Below the pieces are notes generated by a model, which saw only the letters and a program-made list of their open reading frames with translations, was not told the origin of the DNA and did no database searches. Both the position numbers and the translations under genes were made by a program. Shown here piece by piece: positions 39,072 through 51,260 of a stretch of 64,000 nt of DNA (positions are counted from its first letter, which is position 1; each line of letters begins with the position of its first letter). Source of the stretch: Dicyema japonicum (Eukaryota; Animalia; Dicyemida); contig RDEW01000009.1 in the NCBI GenBank assembly GCA_011109175.1, positions 1,229,652-1,293,651 on the forward strand, written 5' to 3'.

Positions 39072-40671
39072 CAAAACCCCGCTTATTGGGGCACTTTTTC
39101 AATCGATAATGTTAAAATTTATTATTTCATTTTTATATTTATTTAATTAATTTTAAAATATTTTTAAGCATGCCTGCGGAGCTTAGTCGCCACCTGAAAC
39201 AAAAGATTTCCTATTCTTTAATGAACGAAAATATCTCAGAAAGAAAATTTTATCAATTATACAATTTTGAAGGGAATGTCTCACGAATTAAAAAAGAAAT
39301 TAGAAAAGGGGTCTCAAAACACAAATATGCTCTGATGAACTTTCATCTAAGAAGTTCGAATCATATCTTTCTATTCGAATTGATCGATTAGTATTCGAAG
39401 TCTTTAAAAATTTGAGAGTGGGTGGTATTTCAGTTTCAGGATTTCTCCTCAAAACTATTGCAAAAAAATTGCAGCTAATCTTGACTTCAATGATTTGAAA
39501 GCATCAAATAGATGGTTGGATCGATTTAAAATGCGCCATGAATTATTGTTCAAAGTAATTTTGGGTGAAAAGAACTCGTGACAGAAATATAAATTAAAGA
39601 TTTTTTTAACGATTACGAATTTATTCGATAAATACGAGAAAAAAGATATTTTTAACTGCGACTAAACCTCTCATTTTGTTAAAAAAATTCATGTAATAAT
39701 TTGTCTCTTCGAATGATGAGTGTTTTGGTAAAACGAAATCAAAGAACGAATTTCAGTTCTTTTATGCTTCAGTCTTGAAGGTGAGAAATTAAAGCCCCTC
39801 GTTATCGGGAAATTTAAAAAGATGCTTAAAAATATACAAACTGAGGATTATGGGGTATTATTATTTTTATTTGTACACAGCGTCAAAAAATGCTTGGATG
39901 ACGACAGATATTTTTGATAATTGGTTACAAAAAATAAACTTTGAAATGGTCCAAAACAGAAAATTTTGATTTATGGATATGCCACATCATTTTTTAAATT
40001 TCCTAAAAATACAACAGCACTTCTTCAACCTTTAGATATGGAGATCATAAACTCATTCAAGACATACTATAACAACGTTCTTTATGAAATGATGTCTTGA
40101 CGATGTTAAGGAATACTATTCGACCCCATTGAAGATTAATATGAGGCAAATAATTGCATTTGTAGGAGAATCTTGGAGTCGAGTAACAACAACAACAATT
40201 GTCAATTGTTGGATGAAAATAAACGAGCAGAAAACATGTGTTCGTGAAATTAATTCAAAACATTGATAAACATGTTTCAGGGTTAATGGAACTTTAAATA
40301 AACGGAATTGAAGATAATGGGACTTTGTATAATGGAATTGATGAGATTGAAGGGTTATGTTTAAAAGATTCAATGAATAATAATGAATAATCTCGAAACT
40401 TCTTTATTCAATACTTGCCCTGAAGGGCTCAAAGAATACTACGAATTCAGAATAAAAATTTCAAAAATTCTAAGAAATAAGTATAATACTGGGTTCAAAA
40501 TAACTGATTATTTCTCATAAGATATATTAAATCCTCTTTTCCTATCGAAACAACATATTTTGTTATAAAAAAACAAATAATGGTTTTAAAATTATAGAAT
40601 TATATATACCCTCTATATTTGAAGCACCTGCTATATTTGGGGCACTTTTCTATCAGGGCGGGGTCGTACTG
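39072..40671 (+). mobile_element. pogo/Tigger (CENP-B/DDE_1) transposon, degraded
   Basis: ASNRWLDRFKMRH, DIFNCD, KLKPLVIGK, NAWMTTDIF, LQPLD. Right end GGGGTCGTACTG|TA; degenerate left end TA|CAAAACCCCGC. Confidence 0.88.
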
Positions 40672-41042
40672 TATTTATCAATTGTTCTTCAAAATTATTG
40701 ATATTATTTTTCTTAAATTGCCACATAATTCTAAGTAACTAAAAAAGTTAATTTGCGAGGATCAAGTGTATTTTCATCGTTGTCTAATCGGGGATAAATA
40801 CTTCTAGGTTCCTGACTTGCTTTGATATAAAAATTATTTTTGTCGCATTTTTTGAAACACTCGTTGAAAAATCGCCTTCTCGTAAAAATGTTGACAGACA
40901 GAGATATAGATAGTTCAATACTGCATGTTGTAATACCCCCGGTGACTGGGCTGCATTAAAAACGATATATCTCTTCTCTACTCGACTAAGGAGTTCCCAC
41001 AACTGCATATATGAAGCCTCACTCAGACCGTAGGAATTAAAT

Positions 41043-41364
41043 ATGGGTTAATTAGTTTTTAAATGCTAGGATTCAAATCACAGTTCTAATGTATATTTTA
41101 CCCTTGATCCTCTCGAGTTAAAGAACCGATTGCTAACAAGTACTTCACAGCCAAGAGCGGAAGCTCCCAAATATCAGAAGGTTTATTTACATTTTTGCAG
41201 ATCTCTGAGGCGGACAAGAGAAAAGTCGACACGTTCTTATGTATATTGGAATCGCGACACCTAAACGGATTTCAAAATCAAATGAGAGATAATCGATTTT
41301 ATAAAAATTCAAATTTATATCATATTGTAAGTAGTATCCTTTTGTATCTTCAGCTTAGTTGACA
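41043..41364 (+). CDS. Putative small micro-intron gene, unassigned (weak SAP30BP/HCNGP-like resemblance)
   Basis: Candidate introns 41091-41117 and 41181-41200 join phase-0 exons into a stop-free DSNHSSN-LKNRLL..KYQK-ISEADKRKVDTFL..FYKNSNLYHI. Start and end are unresolved. Confidence 0.35.
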
Positions 41365-41603
41365 TTTTCCTCAATCGTTAGCAATAAAGAAACTATGTGG
41401 CCGTCTCAGATCATGAAATCGTGAGAGGGAATACATTTTCAATTCTAAGAGCATCCACGCTTAGTTGTACAATATGTTTAGTTATTTTAACAATTTCATG
41501 ATTATATGATTAAATAGTGAATATAACAGTGACTATATCAAGGACAAATAACAACGAATCTCTCTTTATGAGACATAATTAGTAAACTTGTTATGGTTAA
41601 TTG

Positions 41604-42388
41604 TTAACTATCCACTACTCCGTCACTTAACCAGATCCCCACAAATAACTGGTATACAAATGTGCCAAAAATGGCCCCGAGTGGTAGAGAAAATAATGGA
41701 ATAATGCAGTACGGAAATCGCCAAGTTATAGAATTATTGAATCCCATGATAGATGCTGTTATTCTTCCCGTAAGATCCAAATTTAGATGAATTGTGGTGG
41801 ATCCTGAAGCGTTAAATGTACTGTAAACACCAGTTACTAACAATCCGAACATTAAAGGATGCAATTTTTTTCCATGCAGTTTAGTTTTTTGTCAATTATT
41901 GTTAACAATCCAACCATGACTGAACTGATTGCGAGGAATTGTTCCAAAAACGCTAGAATTATATTATTATTCGGAAAAGTCGTAAAAATGTGGATATTAT
42001 GTACATTCAAGTTAGAGATATCACCACGGGATTGACTAAGAGAAATTCATTATTGCAAAGTCCATAAATGACGAAACAACTTGTAAAACTGGCAGGAAAT
42101 GAACCAAGACAAAAGAAGGTAGTTTCTTCCATTTTACACGTCCAATAATGCACAGTGAAAGAGTAACTGCTGAATTCATTTGTCCTCCTCCAACAGAATT
42201 GGAAATATAAAACCCCAACATGACTCCAATTCCGATGCTCAGATTTTGGGCAAGGTAGTTTTCAGTTTTTATACGACTCGCTATAGCCGCCTGTTTGAAG
42301 ACAAGGAATACAACTGTCCCCAGATATTCCCCAAATTATCACGTCCAATAATATTAACAAATTTCTTTACCCTTCTTTTAAAATTCAT
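41604..42388 (-). CDS. Aquaglyceroporin-like MIP with non-canonical NPA motifs; three single-base frameshifts, two in homopolymer runs
   Basis: GEYLGTVVFLVF, GGGQMNSAVTLS, IFTTFP, FLEQF, HPLMFGLLV, DLTGRI, PLGAIFGTFVYQLFVG. Could be a pseudogene or assembly error. Confidence 0.85.
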
Positions 42389-42805
42389 TTAAGAAAGCTT
42401 CGTACATTCCATTAATATTCAAAGTTATTAATTCTGATGGTGAACACTTCCGAAAATCAATTGATTTTTTATATAAAATAGATTTCCACTGTTAATTAAA
42501 AAAACTTGTATATAATCAACTTGTAAGGTGACGGAATTTATGCGGAGTTGTCTATATACTAAGTCAGTTCAACAGTTTATTAAAAGTCATGTTATAACGA
42601 CGAGAAAGCTGATAACGTAAAGTTGCCTTATTCCTAGGTGATTCTGCACAAAGTCCGACCTCTTAAGAGATTCTGTACAACTGAGACGCATTAAATGGAT
42701 AGATAAGGATTATTGTAGGCTTTCTAGTAATGACTGTAGCACAGAAGGTTAAAATGTAACGAAAGTGTATATAAAATTTATAATTTAAAAAATGAAAGCA
42801 TAGAT

Positions 42806-43524
42806 CATTTGTTCTTAACCTTTTTTTAAGTCAGCGCCCCTTTTTGATACAATTTTGAAGCTTCAAATTTTCAGCCCCTTAAGATTTTTTTTCAATTTCG
42901 GATTTATTTGGCCATTTTTTTCAAATTGTGCGTCGTAACTGTTCTTTTATCTTAGAATGCAATGTCAATTTTTACCAATTATTTTTAAAATTAAAAAGTT
43001 TATTCACAGAAACAAAAACTTCATTTGTTATGTAAAAACTATTTTAATGACTGTCTTGTGTTTGATGAGAATTTGTCAATCCCTTTATGTCAGCTTCCAT
43101 AGTTGACAGATTTAGTCTCAAATCTCCTGTATTACAAATTGTAATTTATTTCTATTTTTTTATCAAAAATTGGAGACTGCATTAAATCCTCTTCAACTAA
43201 ATATTTTGAAGGAAATGCATAAGTGTTTCAATTTCATTCCACAATCAAGGATATTTTTCACTACTAACTTTAAGTTCTCATCCGAATATATAGTCATTTT
43301 ACTTTTTAACATACATTTATAAAATATTAACTACAATTAGAAAATATTTCTAAATATATCAGTAAATTATTTTTTTTGAAAATTACACACAAGAAAAGTT
43401 GAATTAATTATAAAAAACGTGATAAATGATTTATAAAACTAAATTCAAATATTTGTAATAATTAAAGAAAATTAAAAATCCAGCACCCCCTAATATGTTC
43501 CAGCAACCACGTTAAGAACCACTG
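42806..43524 (-). mobile_element. Non-autonomous hAT (Charlie-like) with both termini
   Basis: Left CATTTGTTCTTAACC and right GTTAAGAACCACTG; internal minus-strand FPSKYLVEE remnant of the dimerisation domain. Confidence 0.75.
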
Positions 43525-44018
43525 TCTTAGACGGATCTCTTCTTAAAACGACTACAGTGAAGATGAATCCTCTGGAATTAGTTCTATTCCGTTGTTTTTT
43601 TAAGTTTCTTTGTATACTGTCACAAGATTATAATTTATTTTTAGTCCCACAATAACTTTCTTTAGCCTTGAACAGGAATTGAATTACTACAAAAGTTTAA
43701 AAAGCTATTCAACAGATTTCAAGAGCTGACAAAAAGACACATGAGAAGTAGTCAAAGTGACTTGATTAATAATATAATCATATTATTGAAAACTACGTGA
43801 GAGATTCACTGAGTCATATAAGAGCAGCTAATTCAATTGTACTGCAAGGATCCTTTAAAAAATCTGAAGGAACATGGAGTTGCATCTCTGACAGAGATTA
43901 CAACCAAACAACTAACTCAAACTGTACTCCAAGCATGTGTAACTTGGGCATGTGTTTTTTACGTGGATTCGAAATAGAAACCAACATCCATTCACGTTGC
44001 TTCTTTAATCCAGTTTGG

Positions 44019-44310
44019 CTTCTCGTACAAGCTCAGAAATATGAAAAGTGTTTTTTGTTCGATTGACATTCACAAGGTATTTAACTCGGAGTCAAAAAAA
44101 TCTCAGAAAATCCACTCGGGCTTCGTACAAGCCAGAAATGAAAAGTGTTTTTGTTCGATTGACATTCACAAGGTATTTAACTCGGAGTCAAAAAAAGCTC
44201 AGAAAATCCCTCGGGCTTCGCTTACAAGCCCAGAAAATGAAAATTGTTTTTTGTTCGATTGACATTCACAAGGTATTTAACTCGGAGTCAAAAAAAGCTA
44301 AGAAAATCTT
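44019..44310. repeat. Tandem repeat, 3 x ~96-100 bp
   Basis: The core GATTGACATTCACAAGGTATTTAACTCGGAGTCAAAAAA starts at 44061, 44157 and 44257. Confidence 0.93.
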
Positions 44311-44774
44311 TCTCACGGAAATTTCGAAAATACTCAAAGTCATAATAGGCATATAATGTGAATATACAAACTAGAAACATGTATAATGAGATAGAAACGC
44401 ACGATTATTTTGATAATCTTAACATAATGTTTTCTGCATATTACCTGAGTTGCTGAAAGTTTTCAGATTTTTGACTATTATAATTATAATTGTCAGAATT
44501 GAACTAGAAAATAACCTATTTAGTGTTTTATTGGGTCAAATTTTCAAAATACACCATTTATAAAAATACAGCACAAAATAACACAAGATCTAAAATTAGT
44601 AGTTGTTATTATAAGATTTGAAAGAAATTCGAATCTACAGATGACCTAGAATACAAAAGGTTGCATGTTCTGGACAAAGCCCGCAGGATAAGTATGTCGA
44701 AAAGAACCCTAAATCGTGTGGCAGAAACGACCCTTCAGTTAATACAACATTCTTTGGTTTTGTGAATAATAATA

Positions 44775-45286
44775 CAGTGAATTCTTTCTAATTGGCCAAC
44801 CTTTAAGTTATCCAATTATCATTCCTGAACTTGATTCTAAGCTATTAGAATCGATGGATTTGATGGAATCTAAGGGTATTTTTAATTTGTTTATGTTAGG
44901 TGCTTTTTAAATGAGGGACTAATATCAAATAAAGAACAAAATATTGCAGAAAAGTTATCAATTATTGATTTCAAGAATTGTATAGGATTTCTTACAAGAT
45001 TCAACAAAGACATGGTTTCGGATGGGGAAATGATAACTGAGAAACTACCTGACCCAGAAAAATTTAGATGACTTTCAAGAAATTTCCAAACATTATGAAA
45101 AAGGCGAAATTTACAAAATGCACAAGACAGAGTTTATTATAAATTGATTCCGTACAGGCTTATAAACTGATTATTTTGATAAAAATAATATTTTCCTTTC
45201 ATGGTTTTTTAAATAATTTTTTTTAATTCCCAAATTGGCCAAAAATAGTTCAGGAACAATTTTGGGCCAATTTAAGTGACTTTACT
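44775..45286. mobile_element. Tigger/pogo-derived MITE
   Basis: TA-flanked imperfect TIRs (CAGTGAATTC..AATTGGCC / GGCCAATTTAAGTGACTTTACTA); absent from the paralogous copy at ~53820. Confidence 0.75.
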
Positions 45287-45499
45287 ATAATAGTTGAAAG
45301 TCTTTTAGAACTCCTAATATAGGCAATATTGACTATAATATATCAGTGGCTTTAATCGGTTATAGGTAATTCTAGATCATTAAGAAATCTGATTTAGCAG
45401 TTCAATTTTAAGTATAAAACTGATTAGACACGTAGTCAGTGTTTTTAGATAATGTTACAATATACAGAAACATCTCCTATTATTCCATGTTAATAAATA

Positions 45500-45823
45500 A
45501 TACGTAAATGTTAGTCCAATATTGCAGCGAATGAATTTTTTGGCCCATATAAATCTGTCACACCTGTAGTTTCATGGATTGTTTGCGAAATTTTTAAAAC
45601 TGTAGCTATAATTGAAATCGTCATATTTTCAACATAATGTATGTATTCAGTTCGGTATTATTCTTCACCACCAATTTTCCGTTTTCACAGGACTAGATTC
45701 AGTGCCTACTATTTCAGAGTTGGAATCTAAAATATATTTTTATCAAATACAGTCACATCGTGTGTAACTTAGTTCCTCGTTATTAATGATAGAATGACAT
45801 AATACTAAAAGTGAAACCAACAT
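45500..45823 (-). pseudogene. NPC2/ML-domain gene, internally deleted paralog
   Basis: MLVSLLVLCHSIINNEELSYTRCD..IVGTESSPV as in the 54-kb copy, but lacking intron 2 with flanking exon sequence and much of the 3' half. Confidence 0.7.
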
Positions 45824-46070
45824 TAATTAGTTTACCATCTATTTGACATCTTTTTTTTGGATTAGCCGCTGTAAATATATTTATAAATATTTATTATAAC
45901 TTTACTTTAACTAAACAATATTTAGCTGTTGGGTATTTTAAAGAATAGAATGTTACCGGGTTTTGCCCTGTTACTGTTTTTCAGGGACGGTAACTTATTT
46001 TTTTTTTTTAAATTACACAAATATATTTATATTCACTGGAATTAAAAACTATTAAAATTTTAAAAAAATA

Positions 46071-47595
46071 CAGGGTTTTCCTATTTATTTAATAACTTTG
46101 TCATAAAAATTTAAATACTTTGTCAAAATATCTAATAACTTTGTCATAAAGTTTAATAACTTTGTCACAATATTTAATAATTTTGTCAAAATGTTTAATA
46201 ACTTTGTCAAATATTTAATAACTTTGTCAGAAAATTTAATAACTTTGTCAAAATGTTTAATAACTTTGTAAAATATTTATGGGATTATTAATACATTTTT
46301 GGGATCATTTTTTATATTTATTGGATTATTAAGTTCCTATAAAAACAAATTTTAGCGCAAAATGAATTAAATGAATAGTTACCAAAACAAAAGTACTACT
46401 GTATCCGAGGATAACCGAGAACTTATTATAAATAAATATGAAGCAGGTTTGGCTTATTCAAAAATAAGCGAAGACATCTGTATTAACTACCAGACAGTTG
46501 TTTCTATCGTCAAAAAATACAGGAAGTTTTGCTTCAACAAGAAATAATTGTGGACGAAAAAAAACTTAATTCATCGGACATCTTATTTTTAACTGAAAAA
46601 ATTGAAGAAGATGCTTCATTTACGCTGAAAAATTTACAAAATTCTTTATTTAATGTGCAAAGAAAAAATGTCTCTCTATTGACAATAAATAGGACGCTAG
46701 AGACATTTGGATGGCGAGAAATTCTAAAATAAATATGAAGAAAGATATAGATCTGCCAGAAAAATAATTGAAATTGATAATCAACAGCTTATTTTTATAG
46801 ACGAAATGGGAGTCAATTGTTCGATGAGATCCAAATTTGGAAGATCTATAAAAGGAGTTACTCCGAAAAAATGTACTAGAAACATAAGAAAGAAAAATTT
46901 CTCTATTTGTTCTGCTATTTCTGTGGACGGCCTTTTACATTACGTAATCAATTCCTCCCCTTATCATGCGGAGACGTTTATTGATTTTGTAATACAGTTT
47001 AATTATAAGCTTGAACATGCAAGGAAAAAAAGTATGGTTATATGTTTTATTTTAAGACATTGGTAATGATATGTGACAATGCATCAATTCACAAGAGCGA
47101 GCAATTAAAAAATGTTGTATTCGGAACTGGTATCCAATTAATTTTTAACGTGTATAGGGAATGAATTGTATTTTTTGCCTCCTTATACTCCTCAACTTAA
47201 TCCAATTGAAGAGTTTTTTTCTGTTTGGAAAAACAACATCAAAAAGAAAAAATTGTAGGAACTCGATGAATTAATAAACGCAACCCAAAACATCGGAGAA
47301 ATTCCATCAGATGTGTGCAATAATTTGTATAGCCACATGCGGAGCCATTTAGTTAAAGCATTGGCTAATGAAGAATTTTAATTTATAGTTGTTTTTTTTC
47401 AATTAATTATAAAATTGGTTTCTTTTAATTTGACCCTTGACAAAGTTATTAAGTATTTTGAAAAATTATTAAATTTTTTGACAAAGTTATCAAATATTTT
47501 GAAATAATTATTAAATTTTTTGACAAAGTTATTAAATTTTTTGACAAAGTTGTTAAATTTTATGACAAAGTTATTAAATAAATAGGAAAACCCTG
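46071..47595 (+). mobile_element. Complete Tc1/IS630-like (DDE_3) transposon with long repeat-containing TIRs
   Basis: TA|CAGGGTTTTCCTATTTATTTAATAAC ... GTTATTAAATAAATAGGAAAACCCTG|TA. Transposase motifs FIDEMG, CDNASIHK, FLPPYTPQLNPIEE; frameshifted. Confidence 0.95.
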
Positions 47596-47609
47596 TAATG
47601 TAATAATGT

Positions 47610-47775
47610 ACAACCCGTTGTTGTAGAGACGAATGGAGTCTTCGTGCCCAAGACGGTCTTTTTTTTAAGATGCTTGGGTCAATGATTTCGAAAGTTAGTG
47701 ATGAGCGTCGGGAAACCGAATGGCTGTTCCAAAGTATTTCTCTGGCAGTTATCCGGGAAACAGCCATTCAGTCAT
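47610..47775 (+). mobile_element. CRE RLE 3' fragment
   Basis: VVETNGVF..SLAVIRGNS-like end. Confidence 0.6.
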
Positions 47776-47999
47776 ATCAGCTGGATTATTTTTATTGTCT
47801 TGTTGCGTAATAAATTGTTTTTCCGATTGTAATAATTAACTAAATCTAGCTTTCTCAACAAACTACGTGATCCCAGACCGACAATAGAGAGGACAAGTCT
47901 GTGGGGTCGATAATCCCGCAGTGCTCTTCTCATCGATGTCTGTAGACTAGCCATCTTTAAGAGTTTATGTTGAAATTCTATTTTAGGATTATGTTCAGT

Positions 48000-49050
48000 T
48001 CCACATGGCTCGACGACCTCCTTCAATCTAGAAATCAGAAACATCTCTACCGAGGGACTTTTGGATAATTATATATCGTTTGCGTGATGAATACGAACTA
48101 CCACATTCTGAAATGGAGTCAATTGTCTTCTTTCAGGAGGTTGGAATTATCCTGAAAGAAAATAAATGTCTTAAAAGACATTTGATGATTCTTCTCCATC
48201 AGCGGGAGAATACAACATGGATGTGCGATAAAAGTTGTTGTCGAACTTATAGTTCTGTCAGAAACGTTATAATAAAATAGTATTTTATTTTTAGGTACGT
48301 GGCTTGAAGACACGACAGTTTCGTTACAAACCTGTATTGGTTTCATATATATGCGGTGCTTCGACAGTTAGCTAATCGTCCGAACACACTGATCGGTATT
48401 AGTGTATTATTAGATTGTATAGGTGGAATTGGAAAAGTTGTCCAAGCTGATGAGAGCATGTTCTCTAAAAGAAAAAACAATGCAGGAAGGATTCTCCCTC
48501 AACAATGGGTGTCTGGGGGAATTTGTCGGGGAATTAAAAACTGTTTCCTTGAGATGGTTCCTGATCGGTCGAAAAGAAATCTAACAGCTGCTATAAAGCG
48601 AAATATCGCGCCGGTATGGGTGATACACACTGACAAATGGAAGGATAATTGTAATTAATATATTCTGGAAATAGGTTATTCAACGCCAGATCTTAATGCT
48701 CTTGCCTATGTGCACCTCAAAGTTAATCACAGGTGTATTGAAATTCGTTTATAAATTTGCAGACGAAATTTTATAGACCCAAGGACAGGTGCACATAAGC
48801 AGACTGTTGAGAAATCCACATAAAAATTAAATAGGAAAATTTATACTGTGGGGAAGCGCAAAATGGCGCAATAAAAGACAAAGAGGTACTGCGCGTCACT
48901 TCATGAGTTAATATTTTGCTGGTATTTAATACTCCGAGTTATTTTGTAGAATTTTTGTGGAGAAGGCAAATGAACCATTTGGACAACTCCTTCGATGAAT
49001 TGATATATGTTATCGTCAGATATCGTCCATCGAACATTACGCTATGTAGA
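48000..49050 (+). mobile_element. Merlin (IS1595/ISXO2-like) transposase, degraded
   Basis: IGGIGKVVQADESMFSKRKNNAGR..WVSGG..VPDRS..IHTDKWK and C-terminal SYFVEFLWRR. Confidence 0.88.
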
Positions 49051-49389
49051 AACAAACTGACTTATTTTTGTAATAATGACTTTTTTTCGCTAAGGGAATT
49101 ATTATAAGCATCAATATGAAGCCCATAACTGTTTTCCTAATTTGTTAAAGATTTAGCAATTTATTTTTAAAAAATTTATAATAACATTTTTACGAATTCG
49201 GTATTGTTCATTTTTTTAATTTTAGATCTAATATTCAAAAAATTTTTCATTAATACATTTAGAGCCTTATTTCGTGAAACATGTATTGCAAAGTACCCAA
49301 ATATCTACCTCTTTAAAAATCAAATTATACAATATGTTCGTAAAACCGGTTTTACTGTACAACTCTTCTACTGGGCACTCACAATGCCT

Positions 49390-49785
49390 GAAATGGAAAG
49401 TCTGAACTCCTTTCATAGAATGCAGCTCAGATACATTCTAAGAAGAATTTCCTGACCAAAGCACACCTCAAACAAATACCTCTATTCCCATTACAACATC
49501 CACCCATTGGACGGAGAAATAAGAAGTAACAGATGGGGCTTATTTGGTCACATCTTAAGAATGGACAGGAATACTCCCGCTAATCTCGCGAAGGAACACC
49601 ACTATGCTCCTCATCCGGGATCAACTTTCCGGAGAAGACCACGAATTACTCTACCAACCCTTCTACATCAAGACCTAACTTCGAATGGAAAAGGGTTGAC
49701 GTTGGCAGATGATCTTGAGCACCTGAGGGACCAATCGAGGAACAGAGGGAACTGGAAACGATTAACCGAAACCGAAAACACTTAA
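49390..49785 (+). mobile_element. RTE-type LINE 3' end
   Basis: LNSFHRMQLRYIL..RWGLFGHILRMD..RRRPRITL. Confidence 0.85.
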
Positions 49786-50199
49786 TTCAAACAGGAATTA
49801 GTTTAAGGGAGTCCGCCAATGCGGCCTGGACACTTCCGATTCAGCCCATCTCCATATTAATCTCGTCTAGCGTCGGATCCCATGAATCTCTAAACGCCCT
49901 TATATCCAGAACGTAGTAGGTACAAAGCAAATAAGCCTATCTCCAGTTAGTTCTCCCTAGTAGGTCCCCTCCCCAGTATGTTCTTCCACGTAGTCCCAAG
50001 CCGCCTTGTAGGTACCAATGATGTGATTAATAAAGTCTTGTGTAGCACCCAATTCGAATGTAGGGAACAATTGGTGTGGAATCAGGGATCTTTAGTAAAT
50101 TTTCCACATGGCTGACGACCTCCTTCAATCTAGAAAATCAGAAACATCTCTACCGAGGGACTTTCGGATAATTATTTATCGTTTGCGTTCTGAATACGA

Positions 50200-51260
50200 A
50201 CTACCACAAGTTATTCAATGCTGAAAAGTCGGTCGAAGTAGACCTATCCTTTCTATAAACATGTTGAAATGACAAGTCCGGGAAGAAATTTTTGATTTTC
50301 GCAAGAACCAGCCTTTCCAGAATTTTCGACATCGAACACAATAACGCGACCGGTCTGTATGAAGCTGAGTCCTTCTTCACTTTTCGGGTTTCAAAATATC
50401 CCCTGGTGTAGTTGAAGTGGTGTTTAGGTACAGATAGTGATCTCGCATCCAAGATAGTGTGGTTTACATAAGCGACTACTTTGTCCATGGAAGTAATGCA
50501 TCCAGGTACTGCAGTAGGTTGTCAGGAAGTGTACAGTAAAGTCTCCAGTCTGCGCGTTTGTAGTTGAATTGTTCTGGGGACCTCCTCCTATTTGATTCGT
50601 TTGTTTTCTTCTGTTGAGCAGATGGATTGCAGTGAACATTTTTGATGAGTATTTGAACTGTTCAACTTCTGTAGCTCTTAGATCAAGTAGGTTAGTGGCG
50701 TACTTATTCAAAATCTTTATAGTTTTCTGGGTGGATCTTCTAGACTTCAAGATTTGTTTCCTGTCCGGATCATACGTATTTTCCAGTTGTAATCTTAGTT
50801 CCTTTGTTCTTTAATGAGGGCGGGGACATCTGGATGTATATATTTTTAAACAGTGCTGGGACCAGGTTCCGATACTCCATTTGCTGCCGAAAGGATCCCT
50901 TTCATTGTCTCCGCCCAGGTGCTTCCCGGAGGAAGTCCGGGATCCAGGTTTCAAAAGAATTTTGTAATTGATATTTGGTAGTTGTCTCTGATCGATGTAG
51001 AGTAACACAGTTGTTCCATTTTATAGCTTCTTCTTACATCTACGTTTGGCTCTCTTCTTGTTAGGTCAGTCAAAGTCCTCGTTGTGAACTTGGCATAGAC
51101 TATCTCGTGATCACTGTCGATAGCTGCATATCCGTAAGACCTCGAGTCGCGTAGGAGTGATTTTCTTTGACTCGGCAGATGATGTAGTCAATTTGGTTGA
51201 AAATGTTAATAGAGCCTTCGGAAAGGTAAGAATCGTTGCCTGTCCATGTCGTTTTCAAGA
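50200..51260 (-). mobile_element. RTE-type LINE fragment (APE end to RT start)
   Basis: QIDYIICR, SDHEIVYA, YRPVALLCSMSKILERL, YRKDRST. Confidence 0.8.

Larger units (their letters stand above)
44355..46050. repeat. Local segmental duplication, copy 1 (copy 2 at 53441-54810)
   Basis: Colinear direct similarity, e.g. 45310-45530 vs 53843-54060 and 45640-45990 vs 54375-54720. Confidence 0.92.
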
